Numbered from the stretch's first letter, positions 38,282 through 48,943 are shown. The stretch is 64,000 nucleotides of DNA from an uncultured Gammaproteobacteria bacterium (GCA_963784575.1 CAWARU010000001.1:2375244-2439243); one strand, 5' to 3'. Notes: generated by a model from the sequence alone, not told the origin. Numbers and translations: made by a program.

Positions 38282-39814
38282 TTGAGTAATTATTTATTTC
38301 CCATTTCCTATGCCCAAAAGAGAGTCTGGAATTTAGATAAGTTTATGAGTCAAAACTTTGGCTTTGCTATATTTAACATTCCTTATATCATAGAAGTGGC
38401 AGGGGACCTTAATGTAGAAATATTAAATAAATCTATTAATTTTTTAATTGCGAGGCACTTATCTTTAAGAACAGGAATTCTAGAGAAGGACGGAGAACTA
38501 TTCCAAAAAGTGTTTGATAAGGTTGAATATAAGCTAGAGGTAAAGAAGCCATGCAATGAACAAAAATTTAGTAAAAAAGAAATACAGTGTATTTTAGAGC
38601 AAGAGATAAATCATACCTTCAACTTAAATCAAGCTCCTCTATTCAGGGCTACTTTAATTGAATTGGATAATGATAAATATATATTAGTTTTTTTGTTGCA
38701 TCATATCATAAGTGATGAATGGTCTGTAGGCATTTTTTCTCAAGAATTAAGTAGGATTTATACAAATTATCTACAAGGACATCTTCCGGGTCTGATAAAA
38801 CTCGAGTCATCCTATGGACAATTCTCAACATGGCAAAAAGCTTGGTTTGAAGGCGAGAAGCTTGATCAGCAGTTAAACTTTTGGAAAAGTAAGCTAGATA
38901 ATCACAAGCTTTTCCATATCCCATTTGATCACGAGAATAACGAAGTGGTAAGCGAATCAGGTTCTTACCGTTTTAGCCTTAATGAAGAAATAACCAGAAA
39001 ATTAAAAGAATTAAGCGCCGGTGTTTCATCAACATTATTTATAACTCTTTTAGCCATTTATAAAGTGGCATTACATAAAATTTACAATCAAAACGATATC
39101 CTTGTCGTTTCCCCTATTTCTAGCAGACACTACGATGGTGTAGAAAATTTAATTGGTTGTTTCGTGAACTATATCATATTGCGAAGTAAAATAGAAGAAG
39201 AGTGCTCTTTCTTGGCTTTATTGAATGACATAAAAATATCTGCACTGGAAGCTTATGATAACCAAGATATTCCTTTTGATATGTTAATGGATAATGTAAG
39301 CGAGGAAGAGGGATACCAAAAATATTTTCCACAATTATTTTTCGAAATGAAGAAAGCTAAAAAATACTCGTTAGATTTTCCAGGAACAACGACAAAATGG
39401 TGCAATAACCTAGATATAGAAAGTTTGCTAAACAATGATTTGCGAAATAACGATGATGAGAAAAGTAGTGAGGAAATTTCCGATTGCAATGCACTGGATA
39501 TTGAAATCGAATATTCGGCAGCCCTTTATAATGAATCGACTTTTGCTCGCTTAGCAGATAATTTTATGTTTATAACTAAACAAATTATAGATAATCCGCA
39601 AATAATAATTAGCCAAATTTCATTACTGCAGAAGGGCACAGAAAATGGCATAGAAAAGGTCACAGAAAAAAGCGCAAAAAAGGATCCAGAAAGAGGATCT
39701 ATTTCTCGTTCTGAAGGTGTCTGTATCCCAAGTCTACCCAGAAAAAGACAGCCTAATAGCGGCATCATAGAAAAACTTAATAAGTATCTTAAATTTTCAG
39801 TAAAAGAACTGTAA
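38282..39814 (+). CDS. Stand-alone NRPS condensation domain protein
   Basis: C1-like SYAQKRVWNLD and C3 HHIISDEWS. About 430-aa C domain plus a charged tail. TTG start in the track. Confidence 0.8.
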   Translation: MSNYLFPISYAQKRVWNLDKFMSQNFGFAIFNIPYIIEVAGDLNVEILNKSINFLIARHLSLRTGILEKDGELFQKVFDKVEYKLEVKKPCNEQKFSKKEIQCILEQEINHTFNLNQAPLFRATLIELDNDKYILVFLLHHIISDEWSVGIFSQELSRIYTNYLQGHLPGLIKLESSYGQFSTWQKAWFEGEKLDQQLNFWKSKLDNHKLFHIPFDHENNEVVSESGSYRFSLNEEITRKLKELSAGVSSTLFITLLAIYKVALHKIYNQNDILVVSPISSRHYDGVENLIGCFVNYIILRSKIEEECSFLALLNDIKISALEAYDNQDIPFDMLMDNVSEEEGYQKYFPQLFFEMKKAKKYSLDFPGTTTKWCNNLDIESLLNNDLRNNDDEKSSEEISDCNALDIEIEYSAALYNESTFARLADNFMFITKQIIDNPQIIISQISLLQKGTENGIEKVTEKSAKKDPERGSISRSEGVCIPSLPRKRQPNSGIIEKLNKYLKFSVKEL

Positions 39815-39878
39815 TTGTTCGAATATCTTTTATCTTGAGGGTTCATTTATTCTTCGCATTGATTCAGGGATCGAAATG

Positions 39879-41789
39879 CTACGGCCACCAACCCCGTGGC
39901 GGCCACCAGCGGCTTTTTGACCTTGCTTCTCTTTTAGGATTAACTCCGACTTCAGGTTCTTTTGCTTTTGAATGTTCACTGATGTTTCTGTAGCTGAAAG
40001 TAAGTAAAGTTTCCGAAGATGAGTCATCCATGTCAGCAGAAAGAGGCATTCTAATTTCATCAGATTGTGGAGATTGAACCTCATCTCCAGTTTCAGCACC
40101 ATTGTGTATGGTTTGGATGGTAGTAATTTTAACTTGTGGCGTATGTTCTGGAGGAACCTCATCAGACACAACTGCTGAGGTTCCTTCTATTGTTGGAGAC
40201 ACCTCTAGTGTTTGAGACACCTCTATTTCAGAGGCAGGTTTAATTGCAGGGGACATATCAAGCGCGGTAGATGCTGATGCAGCAGGAGGCAACAACCAAT
40301 TTTTGATTTTTCGCAGCCAGTAACCTAATAAAAAGCTTCCTCCGATCGAAACTCCAATTCCTTGTGCTGTGGCCACACCGATTAAGCCAAGTCTGGCTGG
40401 AAAACCAAGTGCATAAGCTAAAGTAAGACCAATCAAGCCTATATTAACTACTTCAGATATCATGGCAGTTTTGCTTTCTTTAAAAGCACCTTGAATGCTA
40501 CCCGCAGTAATCATTCGGATAGAATCGAAGGTCTGCATCAAACCTTTGATTACGAATAATATTTGGGCATTCCTAACGATTTCATCGTTCTCTGGATCAT
40601 CCACATCAATTAAAGGTTTCATTAATTCTTTTGAAATTGTGGCCATAAATCCGCAAAGCAGAAATGAGATCCCTCCTCCCAAAAGAATACAAAAAGTGCC
40701 AATTTTTTTCGCCTGATTGATCCTATGTGCCCCACTCTCTCTTCCGACTAAAATAATTGTTGATTGGTTTAATCCAGAAGTGAGTACACCTGCTAGTAAA
40801 ATATATTGCGAAGAAATTTGATAGGCAGAAAGTGCATTTACCCCAAGATTTCCAACAAAGGCAGAGTACCCTAATAGGAACAAAAACTCAGAACCAGCTT
40901 GCAGCCCGCAGGGAAGACCTATTCGAAACAATTCTTTTAGGGTACTTTTTACCTCTTTTAATTCACTGAATAAATCAAATTTATAATCCCGGAAGCGAGG
41001 GCCATATTTCAAATAAGTTGTGAAAAAAATGAGTTCGAGCCAATTGGTGATGCTCGATGCAAAACCTAACCCAGCCACGCCCATTTCTTCCCCCAATATT
41101 CCGTTTACAAAGAGATACCCCAATAATGAGACAGATACACTATCTAACAAGGTCAGGATATTGACAGATTTGATATCACCAACGCCTAGTGCAATTTGTT
41201 TTTCAAGATACACCACAAAGATGGCTGGTATTCCCCAGGAATAAGCAATAAAATATTCCTCCACACTTCCAAGCAGCTCTTCTGGCTGCTGGCACGCTTG
41301 TAAAACTTTTCGGCTGCAAAGAGAGCTTATAACCGCAGGCACGGACAAGATCAAAGCAAATGCTACCCCTCCCTTTAAACTATGCCGAATCTTCGCAAGT
41401 GCTCGCTCTGGATTATGTTCTTTCTCACCAAAGGCATTACTTACGATCGTGCAAGCGGTGCTTAATATCACGCAGCCCGTCGTGGTGTTCAGGAGCTGAT
41501 AACTGCCAATTAAAGCACTGGCGGGTAGTGTCTTATTGGCCAGAATAATAATATTCACAAAGTGAGAACCCATTTCAATGCCAGGCGCAATGCTGTTTGA
41601 TACGGTATAATAAGCAATTTCTTTGAGTGTCTTATAATCTGGACATTTATTATTTTCTTCTTGTGAAGCAGAATGAGGCCCTAAATTTTGGCTTTGTTCT
41701 CGTTGAATTTTTCTGAGGGCTTGGTATCGAGTTAACATCCTGTATCCTTTATCGTAATTGTTCAAGGACGGTGCGTGAACGCTTTTCAT
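39879..41789 (-). CDS. MATE family efflux transporter with a roughly 150-aa C-terminal extension
   Basis: About 12 hydrophobic helices with a MATE-like layout and a low-complexity Ser/Glu/Pro tail. Confidence 0.75.
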   Translation of the reverse strand: MKSVHAPSLNNYDKGYRMLTRYQALRKIQREQSQNLGPHSASQEENNKCPDYKTLKEIAYYTVSNSIAPGIEMGSHFVNIIILANKTLPASALIGSYQLLNTTTGCVILSTACTIVSNAFGEKEHNPERALAKIRHSLKGGVAFALILSVPAVISSLCSRKVLQACQQPEELLGSVEEYFIAYSWGIPAIFVVYLEKQIALGVGDIKSVNILTLLDSVSVSLLGYLFVNGILGEEMGVAGLGFASSITNWLELIFFTTYLKYGPRFRDYKFDLFSELKEVKSTLKELFRIGLPCGLQAGSEFLFLLGYSAFVGNLGVNALSAYQISSQYILLAGVLTSGLNQSTIILVGRESGAHRINQAKKIGTFCILLGGGISFLLCGFMATISKELMKPLIDVDDPENDEIVRNAQILFVIKGLMQTFDSIRMITAGSIQGAFKESKTAMISEVVNIGLIGLTLAYALGFPARLGLIGVATAQGIGVSIGGSFLLGYWLRKIKNWLLPPAASASTALDMSPAIKPASEIEVSQTLEVSPTIEGTSAVVSDEVPPEHTPQVKITTIQTIHNGAETGDEVQSPQSDEIRMPLSADMDDSSSETLLTFSYRNISEHSKAKEPEVGVNPKREARSKSRWWPPRGWWP

Positions 41790-41919
41790 GTGTAAGATTA
41801 CAAAATACTCTGTTTATAAGTCAACAGATTGTGTATCATGGCAAATTCGACCTTCCTTCAAGAAGGATGTTGTAAAACTAACAAATATTGGAAAGGCAAT
41901 ATAAAGGTAATAGAGGAAT

Positions 41920-42948
41920 ATGAAAACCACCTTTAGAATCATAAGCAGTTCGAAAGAATTGTTTAGCATTAAGAAGGATTGGGACACTCTGTATCACTCC
42001 GGAAATTTCGATATTTTTCAATCATTTGAATGGTTTTATCTGTGGTGGAAATATTTTGGGCAAGATTTGAAGCTCTTCTGTTTATGCTTTTATAATGAAA
42101 AATCAGATCTGATTTTTGTTGCTCCGCTTATCATTTCTATTGAGGGGAATAATAGAATTTTGAGATTTTCAGGTGGCAATCTAAGTGATTATAATTTTTT
42201 AATAACTCATGCTGGATACACTAATGGAATCATCATGAAGATTTTTTATACCACAATAATGCAATTTATGGGTACTCATTTTGACGAAATTCAATTGAAA
42301 CACGTAAATTTATTAAAGCACAATATGTTAGAATTTCATTTTCAAGAGTCAGGGTTAGCATTACAGCCTTTAGAAGACGAGCTTGCTATGAAAATTGTTT
42401 TGCCTGGGTCTTTGGAAGAGTATTATGGGCAAATAGAAGGAAAACGCAAGAAAGTTTTTGATTACTATGAAAGAAATGTATTTAAAAAATTGGGTTTCCA
42501 GTTCAATTTTTTAGAAGAAAAACAAGATATCGAGAAATACACTCGTTGGTTTGAAGAACAAAAAAAATACCTTTGGAAACAATATAACCTATATGAAAGA
42601 TTACCTCCTGAAATACAGCATGAAGATTTTTTCAATTATTTAAATGACATTATCTTGGCGAATCAAGAAACTAAATTCTTGTTGATACCCTGCATTACGA
42701 AAGACGATATGCTATTAGCATCTGGCTTTTATTTTTATTATAAAAACACAGTATTTAAGTTCATGCAATCCTGGGATTATAATTATAAAAGCAGTAGTAT
42801 AGGAACAGTGCTAGACTGGAAGATGATACAATATTCGATAATAAATGGATTCAAGTATTTTGATCTAGGAAGGGGTGATGAAGCATACAAATCTAGGTTT
42901 GGCGCATTGCCTGTCACGTTATCTGGTTTTAGAGTAACATGCCAATGA
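41920..42948 (+). CDS. CelD/BioF2-like GNAT acyltransferase (Acetyltransf_6 type)
   Basis: N-terminal W..L......FQSFEWFYLWWKYFG pattern and C-terminal FDLGRGDEAYKSRFG. Confidence 0.65.
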   Translation: MKTTFRIISSSKELFSIKKDWDTLYHSGNFDIFQSFEWFYLWWKYFGQDLKLFCLCFYNEKSDLIFVAPLIISIEGNNRILRFSGGNLSDYNFLITHAGYTNGIIMKIFYTTIMQFMGTHFDEIQLKHVNLLKHNMLEFHFQESGLALQPLEDELAMKIVLPGSLEEYYGQIEGKRKKVFDYYERNVFKKLGFQFNFLEEKQDIEKYTRWFEEQKKYLWKQYNLYERLPPEIQHEDFFNYLNDIILANQETKFLLIPCITKDDMLLASGFYFYYKNTVFKFMQSWDYNYKSSSIGTVLDWKMIQYSIINGFKYFDLGRGDEAYKSRFGALPVTLSGFRVTCQ

Positions 42949-44003
42949 ATATGAAAAAAGCAATTTATTTTTCTACTTTTACTTCAGGATTGGGCGGCAT
43001 CATTGAGCCTCTTTTGAAAAAGAAGTTAAAATCAATAAAAATCATTAAACTATTTGATGGTGGAATCTTATATGAAACTGCCGGTAATGTTTCTCAAATT
43101 GGAAATTTCGAATTTTTAAACAATTCTTTTTTAGTTTTATTCTATCTCAAACAAACTACTTCGATGCCATTCCAAAAAGTAATCCAAGGCATGCTCGAAA
43201 AAAAAATAAGTTTCAATAAATCTTTACAGTTTAAGAGCAGAGAATTTAAATTATTTTTTTCAAATGAGAATCAATTTGAAAGTGTTGATAGGAATATAAA
43301 AAACGGATTTGAAGCTCTCATTCGCAAGAATTTTCACATGTCTTATATTCCGAGCTCCAGTAAAAAAACTGCCAATGAATTTTGGGTCCTGCGACGAAGC
43401 GAAAATTATTGTTTCTTGATGTTAAGAATATCAGAGAATAATGAAAAACCTATGAAGGGAGAATTGAGAAGAGAATTAGCCTATATTATGGCATACTTAT
43501 CTAAACCTTCTCCTGAAGATAAATTTATCGATCCTTTTGCTGGGTATGGTTCAATTCCTTTGTTAAGACTGGCTTCACCTTTCAAAAGGATGTGTATTTT
43601 AGATATAGAACAACCCTGTGTAGAATTTATCCGAAAAAAGATTAACGCCATGAAAATTCAAAGAAGAGGCGATATTTTCATCGGACAGCAAGATTTCTTT
43701 AAAACTTCGTTGCAAGAAAATTATTTTAATAAAATAGTGAGTGATCCTCCATGGGGGACGTTCAGTAAAATGGATAACATTGAGGATTTCTATGCTGAGA
43801 TGTTTGATAAATTCCTATATATTCTTGCGGAGGAAGGACTCATCGTTTTATTAGTCGAAAGGAAACTCGATGCCATTGTCGAGCGAATCTTGCGAAAACA
43901 GAAAGATCAATTGATACTAGATGTAAAATTTGAAATACTGTTGTCTGGTAGAAAGGCAACTATTTATAGGATCATTAAAAAGACTCAAAAGCATCATTCG
44001 TAA
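42939..44003 (+). CDS. SAM-dependent methyltransferase, THUMP/UPF0020-like (DPPW class)
   Basis: Motif I DPFAGYGSIPL and motif IV SDPPWG. The stop TAA is the first 3 nt of a taactgttcagg repeat motif. Confidence 0.65.
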   Translation: MPMNMKKAIYFSTFTSGLGGIIEPLLKKKLKSIKIIKLFDGGILYETAGNVSQIGNFEFLNNSFLVLFYLKQTTSMPFQKVIQGMLEKKISFNKSLQFKSREFKLFFSNENQFESVDRNIKNGFEALIRKNFHMSYIPSSSKKTANEFWVLRRSENYCFLMLRISENNEKPMKGELRRELAYIMAYLSKPSPEDKFIDPFAGYGSIPLLRLASPFKRMCILDIEQPCVEFIRKKINAMKIQRRGDIFIGQQDFFKTSLQENYFNKIVSDPPWGTFSKMDNIEDFYAEMFDKFLYILAEEGLIVLLVERKLDAIVERILRKQKDQLILDVKFEILLSGRKATIYRIIKKTQKHHS

Positions 44004-44202
44004 CTGTTCAGGATTCAATCGACAACTTACGACATGATGAAATGGAAAAATTAACCTGGAAAATAAATTTAAAAGAAAATATCAGTAAATCAGATCACCA
44101 AAATGCCTGATTTTTTTGAAGTAATTCTTGAAATCATGTTGTATTTTGACTTAAAATATGTTATATAATTACTGCGTTTTGAAATTTGAGAGGAGACAAA
44201 AC

Positions 44203-44409
44203 ATGGCGAAATCAGCAAAAATAAATGAAGTATTCGAAGGTACTGATTTGGAAAAAGAAGAAAAAAATCGAGATAAAGCTCGTATTTATAAAATTGGCCA
44301 TATAATTCGTAAAATTCATAGAGAGCAGGGAACAATGCCTTATTTAATTCAAGTAATAGAGCCTCATTTGACAAAGCAAGAGAGAAGTTTATTTGGTTTG
44401 CCTTTCTAA
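44203..44409 (+). CDS. Small hypothetical protein
   Basis: ATG at 44203 preceded by GAGGAG. 68 aa, basic, no domain recognised. Confidence 0.35.
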   Translation: MAKSAKINEVFEGTDLEKEEKNRDKARIYKIGHIIRKIHREQGTMPYLIQVIEPHLTKQERSLFGLPF

Positions 44410-44540
44410 TAAAATTGAACTTTTTTATTAGTGAGGCATGAAGAGACTCTGTATTCCCAAAAAATTATTGGTATGAACATTCGAGAATACAAAACTAACT
44501 TTAAATAAATCTGTGTTTGGTTTAAGAGGAATATTATTGC

Positions 44541-45215
44541 ATGATTGAATGGGGTGTGTCGATAGTAATTGGGGTTGTTGGTTCTATATTAGCAGTGTAC
44601 TTAAAGGAATCTTTGAGATTCTCTCGAAAACAAAAAATAACGATAATTCAATTGGAATCATACTTGAGATTTTGGAGATCTATTATTTCGAAAGATCCAT
44701 ATATAAAGATGATAGCCTTTTTGTTAGACGTGAATGAAAAAATTATAAATTCTTTCGAAACAGATGGTATTGACGAGGCAGTTAAATCCTTAAAAAACAA
44801 ACTAGTTAATATTGAAGGCTTCCGCCAGAAAATTTTAGATGCTCTAGAGGGCAATGATGAAATAAAAACTCTTAATGGATTTAATAAAAGTTTAGAAAAA
44901 GATAGCATCAATGTCATTAAAAAAGGAATTTTAGAAAATAAAATTTTTCTTTCAGATAAAGAAGTTTCATGTTTGCCAATCAAGATTACTCAAAAGGTCA
45001 TTAGGGTAAAATTGAGAATCATCTTATTGCTAGATAAATTATCATATTTGATATTCATTACTGAACAAGCAAATCAACAAAAGAACGAAATCATTGCCGA
45101 TATAGGCGTATTACTTTTGAAAATATTTGATGATCTGCTTCTTTTGTCAAATGAAACTGTTAGTTTTGGAAAAAAATCATTTATTGCTCTCACAGTCAAA
45201 AATTTGTTTTGTTAA
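44541..45215 (+). CDS. Hypothetical protein with an N-terminal transmembrane helix
   Basis: 224-aa ORF. WGVSIVIGVVGSILAVY is a TM segment and the rest is helical and charged. Confidence 0.45.
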   Translation: MIEWGVSIVIGVVGSILAVYLKESLRFSRKQKITIIQLESYLRFWRSIISKDPYIKMIAFLLDVNEKIINSFETDGIDEAVKSLKNKLVNIEGFRQKILDALEGNDEIKTLNGFNKSLEKDSINVIKKGILENKIFLSDKEVSCLPIKITQKVIRVKLRIILLLDKLSYLIFITEQANQQKNEIIADIGVLLLKIFDDLLLLSNETVSFGKKSFIALTVKNLFC

Positions 45216-45393
45216 TTCACTCCGAGTTAAAAGACATGGTAAGGTAAAAATGGCATCCATGTACGCATTTTGTTATACAATAAATTACAATATTCACAAT
45301 AGGTCGGTTAACTTGAATTCATAAAAAATGTCCATTGTAAGTACGAAAGCGTGTATAACTATGATCTGTATCCGATTTTCCAGACTTCCTTCT

Positions 45394-46293
45394 CTATGCT
45401 GCAAGAGCCATCATCTCATACTTTTCAGGCGATTGGTAGCCCAATGTAGAATGACGTCTCTTGCGGTTATAAAAAACCTCAATATACTCGAAAATACTCT
45501 GCGCAGCCTCTTCTCTGGTCTTATATCTACAATGATGTACAAGCTCTGTCTTCAGAGTGTGAAAAAAGCTTTCAACAACACTATTATCCCAGCAATTACC
45601 CTTCCTGCTCATACTGGAAATTATATTTCTGCTAGCTAAAAGTGTTTGATATTCATTGGATGCATACTGAACTCCTCGGTCAGAATGATGCAGTAATCCA
45701 TCACTTACACCACGACTATCCAGTGCCATTAGCAAAGCAGATTTGACTAACCCCGTCTTCATGTTTTCTTCCATCGACCATCCAATCACTTTGCGCGAAA
45801 ATAAGTCTATTATAACAGCCAAATACAACCATCCCTCACCTGTTGGCACGTAGCTAATATCAGATGCCCAGTGAGTATTGGGCGTTAATACATTAAATTC
45901 CCGATTTAAAACATTTTCTTTTATTGGAAAGTTATGTTTGGAATCGGTAGTAGCCTTAAATCGCTTCTTGGCTTTAGCTAGGATGCCGGCCTTACGTTTA
46001 AGACGCAGGACGCGGTTTAAGCTATATGGCATTCCCTGCTCACGTAGCTCGGCAAAAATTCGTAGACCTCCGTACGTACCTCGACTCTCTTGATGGATTT
46101 TCTGTATCTTTTGGGTTAATTCCATATTAATTTTCTCCCTATTGCTCATCTCTCCATCTAGCCACTCATAATAGCCACTTTTTGAGACATTCATTAAGCA
46201 AAACATAGTGCTCATTGTAAATTCCTCGCGATGTTGATTAATAAATTGATATTTTATTCTGACGCTTTCGCGAAGAAGGTTGCCGCCTTTTTT
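45394..46293 (-). CDS. IS3 transposase OrfB (DDE), expressed as OrfAB by a -1 frameshift
   Basis: rve-type DDE core (WASDISYV.., HSDRGVQY.., [12 protein letters not shown]). The -1 frame is open from the slippery site. Confidence 0.85.
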   Translation of the reverse strand, partial: KKGGNLLRESVRIKYQFINQHREEFTMSTMFCLMNVSKSGYYEWLDGEMSNREKINMELTQKIQKIHQESRGTYGGLRIFAELREQGMPYSLNRVLRLKRKAGILAKAKKRFKATTDSKHNFPIKENVLNREFNVLTPNTHWASDISYVPTGEGWLYLAVIIDLFSRKVIGWSMEENMKTGLVKSALLMALDSRGVSDGLLHHSDRGVQYASNEYQTLLASRNIISSMSRKGNCWDNSVVESFFHTLKTELVHHCRYKTREEAAQSIFEYIEVFYNRKRRHSTLGYQSPEKYEMMALAA

Positions 46294-46544
46294 AAAATTT
46301 CCCGCTCCTCCTTTAAGCGGGCATTTTCTTTCCTTAGCCTTGCAAGTTCTTCGTGAACATCTATGCCTTCTTGACCATGTTTTTCAATGTATTTAGTTTT
46401 ATTTTTCTTTACCCAGGAATACAAAGTCGCGTGGTTAATACCAAGGTCCTTTGCAGTGATAGCGATTGGTTGTGATGAGGATAAAGCAAGCTTAATAGCT
46501 TTTTGCTTAAATTCCTGATTGTGCCTCTTTGATTTGGTACCCAT
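46254..46544 (-). CDS. IS3 transposase OrfA (HTH)
   Basis: 96 aa with an HTH and leucine zipper ([22 protein letters not shown]). Ends just after the AAAAAAG site at 46287-93. Confidence 0.85.
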   Translation of the reverse strand: MGTKSKRHNQEFKQKAIKLALSSSQPIAITAKDLGINHATLYSWVKKNKTKYIEKHGQEGIDVHEELARLRKENARLKEEREILKKAATFFAKASE

Positions 46545-46609
46545 AAAGTCTCCTTTTTCCTAATGCTAAGTTTATCAAATTAGGAGTCCGGAGAAACGGG
46601 ATCAGATCA

Positions 46610-47262
46610 CTATCACTTGAGGGAAAGGTGGCAAAGGGCTGTACAACCCTTTGCCATGCGATCGTGGGCGACCGAGGGTCCATAGGCCCTTGATTAACTA
46701 TTCTGACTTCATGCTCTTCAATGAAACCCAGAGAAGACGGAATCTTCGATTTAAGGTAATTAAGGATCCGGAATTTTGCTGCAGTCATATTGTTTAGATC
46801 TTTGGGCTTAAATATTTTGGTGTCAACATGAGCACCTCCATCTGTATCTCGAACTGCTCTTATTATTTCTAATCTACTTAGCTTGATAGATCTCGATTTA
46901 ATAGTAATAATTTCCATATTTAGCCATTCGTCAATTGATAGTTCCTTTTCAAAAGGTCCATAAATTGGTACATTTTTACCAGTTTCAATATCAATTCTAA
47001 TTTTTGGTGTGGTATCTCTGATAAGTTTATTAATTTTAGGGACTGTGCAATTATTTTTTTGAATGTATTCATTTCTATAATTAATAAAATCTTTTTCTGA
47101 AAGATATAATGATTTTATTTTATAATTTTTGAATTCATTATAAAAAATTTTAAATAGTGGCTTACCACCATCACCACTTTTATACAATAGAATCCAAAGA
47201 TTTATTGAAATTCTTTTGGCTTCATAGGTTTCACCTGCATCATAACTTAGTGCAGAATTCAC
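46610..47262 (-). pseudogene. Hypothetical gene truncated by the IS3 insertion (native 3-prime end at 45319-45361)
   Basis: The ORF runs into the IS at codon 218. Removing the IS and one CTA copy restores ..ATFPSSDSYTRFRTYNGHFL* with a stop at 45319-21. Confidence 0.6.
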
Positions 47263-47447
47263 TAAAAAACTAATTTGTTCCCAAAATAGAGCTTGAACTC
47301 TTGTTTCCTGAACGGGATAATCTCTTTGATAATTGTCATTTTTATATGTTCGTTTTAATTTAAATAGAATCCATTTATTTATGATAATGGAAATTATTTT
47401 TCAATCTCCTGATTGACTAACCTGCTCTGTACCTGAATTTTGCACAC

Positions 47448-48110
47448 TTAATTATCAATATATTTAATGAATTTATCAGCTAATGATGTCGTTCTTTTTG
47501 TGTAAATTCCTGAACCAGTCATTGTTACATCTAAAATGCTTTTTTCGGCTGATAAAAGTCCTTTGCTATAAAGATCATCCCAAATTGCATTTAATAATTC
47601 GCGATCATTTTGTAATTCTATAATCTCTTTAAGAAGATGATGACTTATGCCTCCAAACCCAAATTGTTGCTGGGATATTCTTGAGGGATCTTGCATAAAC
47701 TTCAACAATTTAATGTGTATAAGGGTAAACATATCAATATAATTTAAAAACAAATGTTGTAATTCAAACATTGGTGCATCTTTGTTCACAGAATGTATAA
47801 TGGCATTTTTCAATGCCTGCCTTTTCTCCTCTTGATGCTGTCTAATTGCGATTGCAGCTGTTTGCAGAACTATATCAATAAACTCATCATTCTTTTTTAG
47901 ATCTTCTATTTTGAAACCACTAGTCATAAGATCATTTAAAGCATCTGTTACCATTATTTGCCATATTTCAACACGTTTTTGATACGGACTTTTTACTAAT
48001 TCTAATAATATTCCTGAAACAGTACCTCCTACTGGAATAAGTTCTGATATAGCTTTTGCATAGTTAATTACTTTATCAGTCAGCCCTTCATTTGGTGCTT
48101 TGATATTCAT
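47448..48110 (-). CDS. Hypothetical helical protein (about 220 aa)
   Basis: ATG at 48110 preceded by GAGGAAAC. No domain confidently recognised. Confidence 0.5.
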   Translation of the reverse strand: MNIKAPNEGLTDKVINYAKAISELIPVGGTVSGILLELVKSPYQKRVEIWQIMVTDALNDLMTSGFKIEDLKKNDEFIDIVLQTAAIAIRQHQEEKRQALKNAIIHSVNKDAPMFELQHLFLNYIDMFTLIHIKLLKFMQDPSRISQQQFGFGGISHHLLKEIIELQNDRELLNAIWDDLYSKGLLSAEKSILDVTMTGSGIYTKRTTSLADKFIKYIDN

Positions 48111-48698
48111 AAAAATTGTTTCCTCTTCACAACAATTTACGCACATGTAAAAATTTAAAAAGGTAATCTAAATAGCTTCCTATTATCTTTAGCTTCTCTG
48201 TTTCTTAATTTCAATATGAATATCATGTAATTTATCATTAATATTATTCAACTTTTCGGATAATAATCCTATGCCAAAGCAAACTATAAAAATTAAAAAA
48301 ATAAAAAACTTGTTATCCATAAAACCACCTAATATGTAAAAATCCTGTATTTAAATTCTTAGTTGAAAACTTAAATAAGGCATTTCTTCTCGTGATTCAG
48401 TATTGAGCAAATTAAATGAAGGGCACGCCATATGAAATTTAACGATACAGTAATTGAACTCAAAAAGCCAGATGCGTGCGTATGTTGTAATGATAGGTGT
48501 GATTATCACAGTAATCAAACATGTCTATGTAATCTTCTAATAAAATCTAGGTGAATTTTTTACAACGATGATGGGGCATAGATCGTCCAGGATAAGAAGG
48601 TGGTTGTTGATCTATAGACCAATATAATACTGAAGGTATTGCATGCTGTTACGTTCCGCAATAAATTAAATGATTCGTTTCGACCTAATTTAAGTGAA

Positions 48699-48737
48699 AC
48701 AGTCAGCAGTTAAACCTACCTCGCTGACTGTTTTTTC
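48699..48737 (+). terminator. Stem-loop plus T-run near the left end of the transposon
   Basis: acagtcagc (48699-707) pairs with gctgactgt (48723-31) and is followed by ttttt. It is oriented to stop rightward transcription entering the element. Confidence 0.35.
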
Positions 48738-48742
48738 AACAA

Positions 48743-48943
48743 TTAAAATGGATCGACTCCTTCAACCTCCTCGCATCCAAAACTTAAATTACTTTCTTCA
48801 TCTGATGTCTTGGTATAGCGTCTAAGCTGCGGCATATAGTGATTTTCAAGCGCCAATACAAAATCTTGCAAAAATTCCACAAGTTCATAAGCCGCTTCAT
48901 CTGTTAGAGTAGGTGGTGTAAATAACATGATAATCTCCCTCAT
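48743..48943 (-). CDS. Small acidic hypothetical protein of the transposon
   Basis: 66 aa. Its start overlaps the ATPase stop (ATGA). Confidence 0.4.
   Translation of the reverse strand: MREIIMLFTPPTLTDEAAYELVEFLQDFVLALENHYMPQLRRYTKTSDEESNLSFGCEEVEGVDPF

Larger units (their letters stand above)
45362..46609 (-). mobile_element. IS3-family insertion sequence (1248 bp) with a 3-bp target duplication
   Basis: 24-bp terminal IRs starting TGATCTG (45362-85 and 46586-609, 18/24 match). orfA and orfB carry an A AAA AAG slippery site. CTA flanks both ends (45359-61 and 46610-12). Confidence 0.85.

Noticed and set aside
48431-48553. 40-aa Cys-rich ORF (MKFNDTVIELKKPDACVCCNDRCDYHSNQTCLCNLLIKSR) just outside the transposon left end.
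   Set aside because: It is intriguing next to nothing functional, but it has no SD and no partner genes, and it is too short to support from sequence alone.
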